A stretch of DNA of 64,000 nt from Fibrobacterota bacterium. Its GTDB lineage: Bacteria; Fibrobacterota; Fibrobacteria; UBA11236. Positions 19,170-29,335 of this stretch are shown one piece after another. The notes under the pieces were generated by a model. The model saw only the letters and a list, made by a program, of their open reading frames with translations, did not search any database and was not told the DNA's origin. The number at the start of each line of letters is the position of its first letter. Positions within the stretch are counted from its first letter, which is position 1. The position numbers and the translations under genes were made by a program. Location of the stretch: positions 22,266-86,265 of the forward strand of contig JAQBPN010000074.1 in NCBI GenBank assembly GCA_028287505.1, in the 5' to 3' direction.

Positions 19170-20036
19170 ATGCCTTTTTCCGCTACAGCAGCCATAGACA
19201 ATGATTCCCCGCCCAAAAGGGCGTTGTCCGTTCTCGCGATGGCCGCCTTGGGCGCCTTCGCTTTGCTCGGTTGCTCCTCGAGCAAGAAGCTGACCCAGGA
19301 ACAATCCTGCCAGGAAAAGTGGGACAAGGCGAAGCCCAAGTTCGACAAGAAGAAATTCGTCCAGGCCAAGGAACTGCTTTCGGAACTGGTGACCTCCTGC
19401 CCGGGCTCCCCGTTTACGGAAGAAGCCATGTTCGACCTGGGTGAATCCCATTATGGCCTCAAGGAATGGGACGAAGCCGAACAGGAATACTCCTCTTTCC
19501 TCAAGGATTTCCCGGCCTCCAAGCAATACGGGGAACTGGTGCGTTACCGTAGCGCGGAAGTCGCCGCCAACCAGGTGGAAACGCCGTCCCGGGACCAGAC
19601 CAAGACCTTGGACGCCATCGCGGCCTACGAGAATTTCCTGGATGAATACCCGGAAGGGCCGCGTTCCGACAGCGCCAAGGCGGAGCTGGACAAGTTGCGG
19701 GATCTGCTGGTGGAAAAACAGATGCAAATCGCCCGGCTCTACAGCCGCATGGGCGAGCCCCAAGCCGCGGCCATCTATTACAAGAACATGCTGAAGGAAT
19801 TCGGCAACCGTGTGAACCAGCGGGACATCAATCTGCGCCTGGCCCAATGCTATATCGCCATGGGCCAATTCGACGAGGCGGAATCCTACCTGAGCAAGTT
19901 CGACGGCATCGCCAAGGATGACCCTTTCAAGGAAAAGGTGAAGGACGCCTACCGCGATCTGGATAAGGCCCGCACCAAGCTGGCCCGGGAAAAGAAAGAA
20001 GAAGTGGAACAAGGCAAGCGCCAGGAAGCGATGTGA
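19170..20036 (+). CDS. bamD: outer membrane protein assembly factor BamD (YfiO/ComL TPR lipoprotein)
   Basis: Lipobox LLGCSS and a TPR architecture with BamD-like segments (FDLGESHYGLKEWDEA, AAYENFLDEYPEGP, ARLYSRMGEPQAA). Confidence 0.75.
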   Translation: MPFSATAAIDNDSPPKRALSVLAMAALGAFALLGCSSSKKLTQEQSCQEKWDKAKPKFDKKKFVQAKELLSELVTSCPGSPFTEEAMFDLGESHYGLKEWDEAEQEYSSFLKDFPASKQYGELVRYRSAEVAANQVETPSRDQTKTLDAIAAYENFLDEYPEGPRSDSAKAELDKLRDLLVEKQMQIARLYSRMGEPQAAAIYYKNMLKEFGNRVNQRDINLRLAQCYIAMGQFDEAESYLSKFDGIAKDDPFKEKVKDAYRDLDKARTKLAREKKEEVEQGKRQEAM

Positions 20037-20626
20037 AATACTGCATCTTCGGCGGTTCCTTCGATCCTCCCCATGAAGGCCATAAACATCTGGCCGAATC
20101 CGCCGGTTCGGCTTTGGAGCTGGACAAGATCTTGTGGGTGCCCGCGCAGGATCCTCCGCTCAAATCCAAGCCCGGGACGCCATTCGAGCATCGCTTGGCC
20201 ATGGTCCGCTTGATCACCGCCGGCATGCCCGGGAATGCGGTTTCCGACGTTGAAGCCCAGCTTTCCAGCCCTTCCTATTCCCTGAATACCATCAAGGCCC
20301 TGAAGCACGAGAACGGCCCCGGGCACCAATGGTTTTTCCTGATCGGCTCGGACAATTGGGCCATCTTCCCCACCTGGCACCGTTGGCAGGATATCCTCAG
20401 GGAGGTCACCATGCTGGTCTACCCCCGGGAAGGCCACGCCATGGGCAACAAACTGCCCCACGGCGTCCAGGAGCTGCAAATGCAACCGTTTCCCGGTGAG
20501 TCCCGCCTGATCCGCGAGACTCTGGAGAAATCCAAGGATCTGCAAGCGGCGGGAGTGATGCCGGAGATCCGGGACTACATCACCAAGCATGGGCTCTATG
20601 GAGTCGGATCCCGGGACGCCGCTTAG
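20033..20626 (+). CDS. nadD: nicotinate-nucleotide adenylyltransferase
   Basis: GGSFDPPHEGH (HxGH nucleotidyltransferase motif). GTG start overlaps the bamD stop (GTGA). Confidence 0.85.
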   Translation: MKYCIFGGSFDPPHEGHKHLAESAGSALELDKILWVPAQDPPLKSKPGTPFEHRLAMVRLITAGMPGNAVSDVEAQLSSPSYSLNTIKALKHENGPGHQWFFLIGSDNWAIFPTWHRWQDILREVTMLVYPREGHAMGNKLPHGVQELQMQPFPGESRLIRETLEKSKDLQAAGVMPEIRDYITKHGLYGVGSRDAA

Positions 20627-20627
20627 G

Positions 20628-21629
20628 ATGGCGGTTCGGGTCACGGCCTGGAAGCCCGCCCTGCATCCGGCAATCCTGTGCGCGCTTGCATACATCCTGA
20701 TTCCAGCCAGCCCCTCCCGGGCGCAATCCGCAGATTCCCTGCCCGCATTCAAGCCGGACTCCGCCGTACAGGATCCTTTCCGTAAGGTCGAAGCCGGACC
20801 TTCCGCCTGGTCCGCCAATCCCACCGCGGCCGCGCCCAAAAGCAAATCCGACAGCCTGGCCCAGACCGATACCGTAACCGCCAGGCTACGGCGGCGGCAC
20901 CCCGCGGTTTCCGCCTACCTGGGAATCGATTTTTTCGACCTGGATGCCAAAGAGGCCCTGGGGGCCGTGGTCACGGCCAGGGTGGCCAAAGACAGCCTGA
21001 AAGTGCTCCAGAACTACGACCCGGTCCATCTGGCCTTCCCGATCGGACTGCAGGCGATTCTGCCGTTGAACGGGTACCTGGACCTGGTGGTCAAAACCCA
21101 TTCCTATTGGTACAAGCAGACCGCCATCCTGGGCGACCGGAACTCCCGCCACGCCGACGACGAATGGTTCGCCGTGCAAGCCAACCTGGGCGGCATCGGG
21201 GTGCGCTATTACATCCCTCCCTCCCTGCTCTCGGTCACGGGAGGATTGGGGTTGTACGCCCAGGGAGTCTATTTCTGGAATCTGGGCAACTCGGAAATGT
21301 ATACGCCTTACGGTTCCGCGCCCGCGCGCTTCGACGCGACCGGTTCGGCCTATGAAATCCAGATGGGCATCCAACAGACCTTATCCGGGCCATGGCAATT
21401 GTCCGGCGGCATCGGCTTTCTCCAGCAGGATTTCAAATCAGGCAATTCCTGGTCCGATATCATCGTGTTCAGTCCGCCGGCCGGCAAGGTCCATTGGGGA
21501 AGCTCCGCCATTCTGGCCTCCCTGAATCTCTGGTATCATTTCGGAGTAAAAAGCGGAGTAAAAAGCGACACCACGGCCGCGGTCCCGGTTCCCACCGGGG
21601 TTCTGCCCGACAGCACCCTGCGCAAATAG
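20628..21629 (+). CDS. hypothetical outer-membrane beta-barrel-like protein
   Basis: Signal peptide ILCALAYILIPASPSRA, an alternating amphipathic pattern, and a terminal-strand-like LNLWYHF followed by a short extension containing a GVKSGVKS duplication. Confidence 0.4.
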   Translation: MAVRVTAWKPALHPAILCALAYILIPASPSRAQSADSLPAFKPDSAVQDPFRKVEAGPSAWSANPTAAAPKSKSDSLAQTDTVTARLRRRHPAVSAYLGIDFFDLDAKEALGAVVTARVAKDSLKVLQNYDPVHLAFPIGLQAILPLNGYLDLVVKTHSYWYKQTAILGDRNSRHADDEWFAVQANLGGIGVRYYIPPSLLSVTGGLGLYAQGVYFWNLGNSEMYTPYGSAPARFDATGSAYEIQMGIQQTLSGPWQLSGGIGFLQQDFKSGNSWSDIIVFSPPAGKVHWGSSAILASLNLWYHFGVKSGVKSDTTAAVPVPTGVLPDSTLRK

Positions 21630-21687
21630 ACCCGATTTTGTTCCGGCTCAAATTGACGCCCCTCCCCCACAGGGCTATTTTTGGGCC

Positions 21688-22581
21688 ATGAATAACCCGG
21701 TCACCTCCAGCCCGCCCCCGATCACGGAAATCCCCTTGTTTTCGAGGGGAAAGGTGCGCGACGTCTATGATTTGGGAGATACACTCCTGATGGTGGCCAC
21801 GGACCGGCTGTCCGCTTTCGATGTGGTGTTGCCCACCCCCATTCCGGACAAGGGCAAGATCCTCACCCAGCTCTCGGTTTTCTGGTTCAACCACCTGGGC
21901 GTGCCCAGCCATTTCCTTTCCGCGGACCTGAAGGATTTGCCGGCCTCCCTGGATCGCCATCGAGACTACCTGCGCGGGCGTTTCATGCTCGTCAAGAAGG
22001 CAAAGCGCTTCGACGTGGAGTGCGTGGCGCGCGGCTATCTGGTGGGTTCCGGCTGGAAGGATTACCTGGCCACGGAATCGGTATGCGGGCATGCCCTCCC
22101 CCCCGGACTCAGGCTGAGTTGCAAACTGGAACCGCCCCTGTTCACGCCCGCCGCCAAGAACGATATCGGGCATGACGAGAACATCGATTTCAAGACCATG
22201 GCAGCCATGGTGGGCGGCGCGGACGCGGAACGCCTGCGGGACCTGACCCTGGAGATTTACTCGCGGGCCCGGTCCTTCGCCTTGCAAAAGGGCGTCATCA
22301 TCGCGGACACCAAATTCGAATTCGGCGTGGTGGACGGACAGACCATCCTCATCGACGAAGTGCTGACCCCGGACTCCTCGCGCTTCTGGCCCGCGGACGG
22401 ATACGCGGAAGGCCGGGAACAGGACAGCTTCGACAAGCAATACGTGCGCGATTATCTCAACACCCTCGACTGGGGCAAGACCTATCCCGGTCCGGAACTG
22501 CCCGCGGAAGTGGTGAAGAACACCCGCCGCAAATATCTGGAAGCGTTCGCGCTTTTGACCGGAAAGGAATTTCGTGAGTGA
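21688..22581 (+). CDS. purC: phosphoribosylaminoimidazole-succinocarboxamide synthase
   Basis: SAICAR synthetase motifs GKVRDVYD and ATDRLSAFD. Confidence 0.9.
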   Translation: MNNPVTSSPPPITEIPLFSRGKVRDVYDLGDTLLMVATDRLSAFDVVLPTPIPDKGKILTQLSVFWFNHLGVPSHFLSADLKDLPASLDRHRDYLRGRFMLVKKAKRFDVECVARGYLVGSGWKDYLATESVCGHALPPGLRLSCKLEPPLFTPAAKNDIGHDENIDFKTMAAMVGGADAERLRDLTLEIYSRARSFALQKGVIIADTKFEFGVVDGQTILIDEVLTPDSSRFWPADGYAEGREQDSFDKQYVRDYLNTLDWGKTYPGPELPAEVVKNTRRKYLEAFALLTGKEFRE

Positions 22582-22636
22582 ATTCAATAAAGGCGTGGAG
22601 CGTGGAGTTGCCTCAGCAACTCCGGAGCGACGCGCG

Positions 22637-24259
22637 ATGAAGAGAACAGCCCTTATCAGCGTTTCCGACAAGACCGGATTGCTGGAGTTCGCCCAGGCCC
22701 TGGCCGGTATGGACATCCGCATCCTCAGCACCGGAGGAACCCTGAAATTCCTGAAGGACAAGGGCGTCCCCGCCACTGCCATCTCCGAGTACACCGGTTC
22801 GCCGGAAATCCTGGACGGCCGGGTCAAGACCCTGCATCCCAAGATCCATGGGGGCCTGCTGGGAGTGCGCGACAGCGCCGATCACCAGGATCAGATGCGG
22901 CAAAACGGCATCGAGCCGATCGATATCGTCGCGGTCAATCTCTATCCCTTCCGGGAAACCGTCGCCAAGCCGGACGTGGTCCTTGAAGACGCCATCGAGA
23001 ACATCGATATAGGCGGGCCGGCCATGCTCAGGTCCTCCGCCAAGAATTACCGTTTCGTCACCGTGGTATGCGACCCGGCCGATTACGGCAACGTGGTCCA
23101 GGAACTCAAGCGCGAGGGCGACACCTCCCCGGCCACCCGCCAGGCCCTGGCCCTCAAAGTGTTCCGCCACACCGCGGACTACGATTCCGCCATCGATGAA
23201 TATCTGTCGGCAACCCTGGCGAAGTCCCCGTCCCTGCGCCTCTCCTTCGTGGAAGGCAAGACGCTCCGTTACGGCGAGAACGATCACCAGAAGGCCACCT
23301 TCTTCCTGGAGAAGGACGTCCGATCCGGCAAGGAACCCAACATCGGTTCCGCCCGGCAATTGCACGGGAAGGAACTCAGCTTCAACAACCTGGTGGATGC
23401 GGATGCCGCGCTGGAATCGGTGCGGGAGCTGCAGGAAACCCCCGCCGTCTCCATCATCAAGCATATGAATCCTTGCGGTTACGCCACCGGCGCCACCCTG
23501 GCGGAAGCCTTCGAAGCCGCCTGGGACGGCGACCCGGTCTCGGCATTCGGTTCCGTGATCGCGGTAACGCGCCCTATGGATTTGGCCACCGCCGAAAAGC
23601 TGAAGGGCCGCTTCGTAGAGCTTCTCATCGCCCCGGGATTCGCCGCGGACGCCCTGGAATACCTGCAGAAGAAAAGCAAGGATATCCGCTTGCTGGACAT
23701 CGGCAAGCTGGTTCCGGCCTCGGAGCGCAAGGTGTATAAACACATCCTCGGCGGCATGCTGGTCCAGGACCGGGACGTGGAACTCAACCGCAAGTGGGAA
23801 TCCCCCACCCGGACCGCGCTTCCCGAATCGCTGAAAGCCCTGGCGCTCTTCACCTGGAAAGCCTGCAAGCACGTCAAGTCCAACGCCATCGTCATCGGCC
23901 AGGAATACGCCCCCGGCCAGTACACTTTGGTGGGCATGGGTCCGGGACAACCCAATCGCATCGACTCCAACCTCAAGCTATGCCAGCCCCGCGCCCGGGA
24001 GAATCTCAGGCGCCAGGCGGAACACAGCGGATTGACGGGCGCCGACGCGGACGCCTATGTGAATGCGGCCCTCTCCAAATGCGTCATGGCCTCCGATGCA
24101 TTCTTCCCTTTCGACGATAACGTGGTGGCCGCGCATGAAGGCGGCATCCGGTACATCCTGCAGCCCGGCGGATCGCTGCGGGACCAGGACGTGATCGCCA
24201 CCGCGGACAAATTGGGCGTGGCCATGGTCTTCACGGGGACGCGGCATTTCCGCCACTGA
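22637..24259 (+). CDS. purH: bifunctional AICAR transformylase / IMP cyclohydrolase
   Basis: N-terminus aligns with E. coli PurH ([18 protein letters not shown]...STGGT...[14 protein letters not shown]). Confidence 0.9.
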   Translation: MKRTALISVSDKTGLLEFAQALAGMDIRILSTGGTLKFLKDKGVPATAISEYTGSPEILDGRVKTLHPKIHGGLLGVRDSADHQDQMRQNGIEPIDIVAVNLYPFRETVAKPDVVLEDAIENIDIGGPAMLRSSAKNYRFVTVVCDPADYGNVVQELKREGDTSPATRQALALKVFRHTADYDSAIDEYLSATLAKSPSLRLSFVEGKTLRYGENDHQKATFFLEKDVRSGKEPNIGSARQLHGKELSFNNLVDADAALESVRELQETPAVSIIKHMNPCGYATGATLAEAFEAAWDGDPVSAFGSVIAVTRPMDLATAEKLKGRFVELLIAPGFAADALEYLQKKSKDIRLLDIGKLVPASERKVYKHILGGMLVQDRDVELNRKWESPTRTALPESLKALALFTWKACKHVKSNAIVIGQEYAPGQYTLVGMGPGQPNRIDSNLKLCQPRARENLRRQAEHSGLTGADADAYVNAALSKCVMASDAFFPFDDNVVAAHEGGIRYILQPGGSLRDQDVIATADKLGVAMVFTGTRHFRH

Positions 24260-24271
24260 AAGCATGCCGGC

Positions 24272-24817
24272 ATGATCGATATCAATCCGCAACTGCAGTC
24301 CAAGATCTTCGACTCGCTGCTGTTGCACATGAAGGCGGAACGGAAAGGCTCGCGGCATCTGGCATCGCGCGCGGCCATCGTGCGCGGGAAAACCCCGCGG
24401 AACAAGGTCGCGGCAGGGAAGGTTCCTTCGGGAAAATCCGCGCGGCCCGCCCCCGCCGCGGATTCCTCGCCGCAATGGGACAGCCTGGCAGCGGACCTGA
24501 ATCGGCTGGGATTGCATAAGACCACGGCGGACGCTCTGGTTTCCTGGGCCGCCTCCCAGGCGGAACAAAGCCGGCAGTCTCCGGTGAAAATCCGCGTCCT
24601 CCATCCCATGGAGCGGGAATTCATTTCCGTGGAAGCCTACGACTATCTTCTCGAACTGTATCGCCTGGGTTTGATCGGGCCTCCCCAACTGGAGCAATTG
24701 ATCGAAAACTGCGCCTTCCTGACCTCGCTACCGGCCACACGCGAGCAGATCGGCAAAATGGCCCTGCGCGCCTTCGCGGAAAACCTGGAATTGCAAGGCC
24801 TGGGTTCCAGCCATTGA
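24272..24817 (+). CDS. hypothetical protein
   Basis: Compact 181-aa ORF in operon position after purH; no recognisable motifs. Confidence 0.35.
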   Translation: MIDINPQLQSKIFDSLLLHMKAERKGSRHLASRAAIVRGKTPRNKVAAGKVPSGKSARPAPAADSSPQWDSLAADLNRLGLHKTTADALVSWAASQAEQSRQSPVKIRVLHPMEREFISVEAYDYLLELYRLGLIGPPQLEQLIENCAFLTSLPATREQIGKMALRAFAENLELQGLGSSH

Positions 24818-24886
24818 TGCGGTCGCCGCTTCGTATTTTTTTCTGAACTTTCCTCTTTCCCTCCTTCATCGTCGAGCACATCATCC

Positions 24887-26212
24887 ATGGCAAAAGTCAA
24901 AATCATAGGCGGCGGGCTTTCGGGTTGCGAAGCCGCCCTGCAACTTGCGGACGCGGGCCTGGAGGTCGAACTCTGGGAAATGCGCCCACAGGTTACGACG
25001 CCCGCCCACAAAACCGGCAACCTCGCCGAACTGGTCTGCTCCAACTCCTTCAAAGGTCTGGCCTTCACCTCCGCCCATGGCATCTTCAAGGAAGAGCTGC
25101 GCCTCATGGGCTCGCGCCTGATCGCCATGGCCATGGAAACCCGCGTGCCCGCGGGGGAAAGCCTGGCCATCGACCGCGATCTTTTTTCCGCGGCCGTGGA
25201 AAACGCCATCGCCTCCCATCCCCGCATCAGCCTGCGACGCGAAGAGGCCGCGGACCTGGATCCGCAAGAGCTCACCTTGGTGGCCACCGGTCCCCTGAGT
25301 TCGGATCGCCTGACCAAGTCCCTGTTTTCCCTGATCGGATCCGAACGCTTGTACTTCTTCGACTCCATCGCCCCGGTGGTGGAGCTCGACAGCCTCGATC
25401 TGGATCAGACCTTCGCCAAGAACCGCTGGGACAAAGGCACGGAGCCGGACTTCCTCAACTGCCCATTGGACAAGGAAACCTATTTCGCATTCATCGAAGC
25501 CCTGCGCCAGGCGGATACGGTGGAACCCAAGCCTTTCGAGAAAGGGCAGCTCTTCGAGGGCTGCCTGCCCGTGGAGGAAATGGCCCGGCGCGGTCCGGAA
25601 ACCCTGCGTTACGGCCCCATGCGGCCTATCGGCCTGCACGATCCGCGCACCGGCAAAAGGCCCTTCGCCGTGATCCAATTGCGCGCCGAGAACCGGCAAC
25701 GGACCCTTTACAACCTGGTGGGTTTCCAGACGCGCCTCAAGTGGGGCACCCAGAAGGAGATTTTCTCCCTGGTTCCGGCCCTGCGCAACGCCGCCTTCGC
25801 GCGTTTCGGAGCCATGCACCGCAACACCTTTCTCAACTCCCCGCAAGTCCTGGAACCCTCCCTGCGCATCAAGAACACGCAGGTATTCTGCGCGGGGCAG
25901 CTCACCGGCGCGGAAGGCTACACGGAAGCCATCGGCACCGGCATGTACACCGCCTCCATGATCCTGGCCCACCTGCGCGGGGAAGCAGGCTTCACCTGGC
26001 CGGAAGCCACCTGCCTGGGTGCCCTGACGCGCCATCTCACGGATCCGAATCCGGATTTCCAGCCGATGAACTTCAATTTCGGGTTGCTGCCCAAGGTGGA
26101 AACGGCTTCGAAAAAAGACAAAAAAGGCGCGCAAATCGAAAACTGCCTGAAAGCGCTGGAAGGCTTCCAACCCTTTCCGGAACGGGCCTCCGCGGCTTTG
26201 CAGCCGGTTTAG
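24887..26212 (+). CDS. trmFO: methylenetetrahydrofolate--tRNA-(uracil-5-)-methyltransferase TrmFO
   Basis: FAD fold MAKVKIIGGGLSGCEAA and the TrmFO/Gid signature FCAGQLTGAEGYTEA. Confidence 0.9.
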   Translation: MAKVKIIGGGLSGCEAALQLADAGLEVELWEMRPQVTTPAHKTGNLAELVCSNSFKGLAFTSAHGIFKEELRLMGSRLIAMAMETRVPAGESLAIDRDLFSAAVENAIASHPRISLRREEAADLDPQELTLVATGPLSSDRLTKSLFSLIGSERLYFFDSIAPVVELDSLDLDQTFAKNRWDKGTEPDFLNCPLDKETYFAFIEALRQADTVEPKPFEKGQLFEGCLPVEEMARRGPETLRYGPMRPIGLHDPRTGKRPFAVIQLRAENRQRTLYNLVGFQTRLKWGTQKEIFSLVPALRNAAFARFGAMHRNTFLNSPQVLEPSLRIKNTQVFCAGQLTGAEGYTEAIGTGMYTASMILAHLRGEAGFTWPEATCLGALTRHLTDPNPDFQPMNFNFGLLPKVETASKKDKKGAQIENCLKALEGFQPFPERASAALQPV

Positions 26213-26437
26213 CCTGCCCATTTCCCCCATTCTGTCCGGCAGGTTACCGCAAGGGTACCGGTCCGGGCCCAAACACCCCAACAATCCCGTCAGCGGCTCC
26301 TCCGAAAACGGCAGAGGCGGGAAAACTTTTTATATTCTCTACCAAACCCATGTACAATTGTTCGAAGGCCGGCTTCCTCCCGCGGATACGCGAAGTCCCG
26401 GGCGGTCCCAAAGACAAGCAGCAAAGGAAACAGGATT

Positions 26438-26854
26438 ATGATGTACGATGAAGAAATGGTCACCCCGATGCGCGAAGAACTCACCGAACTCGGCATCAAG
26501 GAAACGCGCACGGCTCCCGAAGTCGACAGCTTCCTGAAGGAACCCAAGGGAACCACCTTGGTGGTGGTGAATTCCGTCTGCGGCTGCGCCGCGGCCAACG
26601 CCCGACCGGCGGTAAGCCTGGCCATGCGCCATCAGAAGCTCCCCGCCAACGCCATCACCGTGTTCGCCGGCAACGATGCCGAAGCCACGGCGCGCGCGCG
26701 GTCCTACTTCGTGGGCTACCAGCCCTCTTCCCCGCAAATCGCATTGCTCAAGGACGGGGAAGTCGTGTTCATGCTGGAACGGCACAATATCGCCGGGCGC
26801 AGCGCCCAGGATATCGCCGCCGAGATGACGGAAGCCTTCAACGAATTCTGCTGA
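26438..26854 (+). CDS. bacilliredoxin (BrxA/BrxB, YphP/YqiW DUF1094 family)
   Basis: TTLVVVNSVCGCAA with the CGC redox motif; near colinear with B. subtilis YphP. Confidence 0.75.
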   Translation: MMYDEEMVTPMREELTELGIKETRTAPEVDSFLKEPKGTTLVVVNSVCGCAAANARPAVSLAMRHQKLPANAITVFAGNDAEATARARSYFVGYQPSSPQIALLKDGEVVFMLERHNIAGRSAQDIAAEMTEAFNEFC

Positions 26855-26863
26855 GAGAGTCCC

Positions 26864-27481
26864 CTAAAGCAGGGCCGCGCGGACCACGGGACGCAGGGAC
26901 GGGAAATCCGTCGCCATGCGTTCCTTGAGCATGCTCAGGGTCGGCCGGCCCTCTTTGGACTCTTCCGTGATGACGCGGATTTCCCACCCGGTTTTTCCGC
27001 TGCGCCTCAGGAAGCGGTGGAAGCCCGCCCCTTCCCAGGCCAATGCCTTGGCCCCATAGCGCTCGAACAACGCCGCCTTTTCCGCCGGATCGAAAACATC
27101 CTTGTCCCCCGACAGGATGGGACCGGTCATGACCCGGCGCGATTCCGGGAACCCCCGTCGGGGACGGAATTCAGGCGGTTTGTCGGCATCGAAATCCCAT
27201 TCGATTCCCGGATCCGCGAGCACGATATCGCCGACAATCAATCCCGGATCCAGGGCCGTGGCGGAACCCAGAAGCATGATGGTGCGGGATTCCAAGGCAT
27301 CGGACAGGATCTGGCAGGTCAGGGCCGCCTCCACCTTCCCCTGCCCGCAAACGGCCAGGCGCCAAGCGGGTTCCGCGGGGACGGAGAATACGCGGATGCC
27401 GCGCACCTTGGTTTCCGTGCGGCCCTCCATGCCCGCCAGAAAAGCTTCCAACTCGAGTTGGAAGGGAAAGATCAGAAGCAT
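26864..27481 (-). CDS. MTA/SAH nucleosidase family protein (PNP_UDP_1 fold; short form, possibly futalosine hydrolase MqnB)
   Basis: The C-terminal 205 aa of track ORF 26864..28051 align with MtnN (GQGKVEAA, LLGSATALDPGLIVGDIVLAD, SGDKDV, EGAGF). The upstream 190 aa of that ORF is an Arg/Gly-rich antisense shadow of the RidA gene. The start codon directly abuts the RidA stop (TGAATG); the exact coordinate is uncertain by 1 nt. Confidence 0.55.
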   Translation of the reverse strand: MLLIFPFQLELEAFLAGMEGRTETKVRGIRVFSVPAEPAWRLAVCGQGKVEAALTCQILSDALESRTIMLLGSATALDPGLIVGDIVLADPGIEWDFDADKPPEFRPRRGFPESRRVMTGPILSGDKDVFDPAEKAALFERYGAKALAWEGAGFHRFLRRSGKTGWEIRVITEESKEGRPTLSMLKERMATDFPSLRPVVRAALL

Positions 27482-27945
27482 CAGTCGAACACCTCGAACA
27501 AGGCTTCGATCTCGACGGGAGCGTCCAGGGGCAGGGCGTTCACGCCCACGGCGGCGCGCGCATGGGCGCCCGCTTCCCCGAAAATCGCGCGGCAGAGATC
27601 GGAAGCCCCGTTGACGACCTTGGGCTGGTCCGCGAAGCCGTCCACGCATTGCACGAAGCCGCCCAGGCGTACCACCCGGGTTACCTGATCCGGATCGACG
27701 CTGATGGAAACCAGGGCCGCCAAGGCGTTCAGGAAACAGATGCGGGCCGCATCCTGGGCCTTTTCCACGTCCAGGTCCCTCCCCACCTTTCCCTTGTAGA
27801 CCAATTGGCCGTCGCGCATGGGCAACTGCCCGGACACGAAAACCAGGTTTCCGGTGCGCACGGCCGGGACGTATGAGCCCTGGGCCTTGGGGGCGGGGGG
27901 TAAATGCAGCCCCAGGTCTTGCAAGCGTTTCAAAATGCCTTCCAT
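27481..27945 (-). CDS. RidA/YjgF-family reactive-intermediate deaminase
   Basis: YjgF/chorismate-mutase-like motifs (YVPAVRTGNLVFVSGQLP, AARAAVGVNALP). Start at the internal Met MEGILKR. Confidence 0.8.
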   Translation of the reverse strand: MEGILKRLQDLGLHLPPAPKAQGSYVPAVRTGNLVFVSGQLPMRDGQLVYKGKVGRDLDVEKAQDAARICFLNALAALVSISVDPDQVTRVVRLGGFVQCVDGFADQPKVVNGASDLCRAIFGEAGAHARAAVGVNALPLDAPVEIEALFEVFD

Positions 27946-28024
27946 GGACAACCTCCTCGGGGCGGAACCGGACCTGCCGGCGCATCCCGTTCGTACGGCA
28001 CAGGGATAAATATATCTTTCCCGG

Positions 28025-28891
28025 ATGGACTTCATCGATACCCATTGTCACATGGACAGCATCCTGGAACGCCTGGAGCTTCCGGATTTCGCCGCTTTCA
28101 AATCCCGCTATCTTTCTGCGAACATGGGTGCGAACCTGGGCCCGGAAGGGGGCGTCCCGCCCGCCGAAGCCGGCGCCTCACCGGCCGAAACCGGCGTCTC
28201 GCCGGTCCATTTCGGCGGATGCATCACCATTTCCTGCGACCCCGATTCCGTGGAACCGGCCTTGGCCCTGATGCGGTCGGAGGGGGTTTACGGGGCTTTC
28301 GGCATCCACCCCCACGATGCCAAGGCCTACGGACCGGAGCTGGAAGCCAAGCTGCGGGCGGCCATGGCCAACCCCAAGACGCTGGCCTGGGGCGAGATCG
28401 GTCTGGACTACCATTACAACATGTCGCCGCCGGAAGTGCAACGGGAGGTCTTCGCCCGCCAGATCCGCATGGCCGTCGAGTCCGGCAAGCCTCTCATCAT
28501 CCACACCCGGGAAGCGGAAGCCGATACCTTGGAGATTATGGAACGGGAAGCGCCCAAGGATTGGAAGATCCACGTGCATTGCTTCACCTCTTCCCAGGAC
28601 ATGGCGGAACGTTTGCTCGCGGGGTTTCCCGGCCTCTGCCTGGGCTTTACCGGAATCGTGACGTTCAAGAACGCCCAGGAACTGCAACAGGTGGCCAAAA
28701 CCACGCCGATGGATCGCCTGCTGCTGGAAACGGACGGCCCTTACCTGGCGCCCATTCCCTACCGGGGAAAACCGGCGCACCCGGGACATATCCCGTTCAT
28801 CGCGCAAAAGCTGGCCGAGATCAAGGGAGTGCCTGTGGAGGAAGTGTATGCGGCGGCGCGGGAGAACACGCGCCGGATTTACGGAATCTGA
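28025..28891 (+). CDS. tatD: TatD-family metal-dependent hydrolase/DNase (with an internal insertion)
   Basis: MDFIDTHCH, GEIGLDYHY, IIHTREAEAD, HCF and LLETDGPYLAP motifs. Confidence 0.85.
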   Translation: MDFIDTHCHMDSILERLELPDFAAFKSRYLSANMGANLGPEGGVPPAEAGASPAETGVSPVHFGGCITISCDPDSVEPALALMRSEGVYGAFGIHPHDAKAYGPELEAKLRAAMANPKTLAWGEIGLDYHYNMSPPEVQREVFARQIRMAVESGKPLIIHTREAEADTLEIMEREAPKDWKIHVHCFTSSQDMAERLLAGFPGLCLGFTGIVTFKNAQELQQVAKTTPMDRLLLETDGPYLAPIPYRGKPAHPGHIPFIAQKLAEIKGVPVEEVYAAARENTRRIYGI

Positions 28892-28897
28892 GAACGG

Positions 28898-29335
28898 TTA
28901 TTTGTTCTCGAACTCCACGTCTTCGTTCTTGCCTTCGTTTTCCTTGACCTCGTTGTCGATCATCTGCTTCTCGATCTTCTCCTCGACGATCTTCTGCTCC
29001 CATTCCCGGTAGGACTGATCCAGCATCTTCCGTTTCTGATCGATCATGCCGGTCACGTCGATCAGCTTGGCGCGGACCTCGTCCCGTTCCTTGACCAGTT
29101 TCTCTTCCCCGGGATGTATTTCCAGGTTGTTGAGAACGATGATGTATTGGGTCTCCAGGGTGTGGCGCTTGTCCTCCATCCGGGCGATATCCAACTGTTC
29201 CTGATTGATCCGGTTTCCATACTCGGTAAAGGCGCAGGCGGACAGCAGGACGGCGGCGAGGAGAAACGACGGCGGGAGGATCGCCCGGGGAACCCTCCGG
29301 AGAAGCTGCCTAGTACTCGTAAAGGTCTTCTTCAT
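28898..29335 (-). CDS. hypothetical coiled-coil lipoprotein
   Basis: Signal peptide plus lipobox LLSAC; Glu/Lys-rich coiled coil; AT-rich gene. Confidence 0.4.
   Translation of the reverse strand: MKKTFTSTRQLLRRVPRAILPPSFLLAAVLLSACAFTEYGNRINQEQLDIARMEDKRHTLETQYIIVLNNLEIHPGEEKLVKERDEVRAKLIDVTGMIDQKRKMLDQSYREWEQKIVEEKIEKQMIDNEVKENEGKNEDVEFENK

Noticed and set aside
27482-28051. Upstream 190 aa of track ORF 26864..28051
   Set aside because: This is the antisense of the RidA gene and is Arg/Gly-rich. Only the C-terminal 205 aa show MTA/SAH-nucleosidase similarity.
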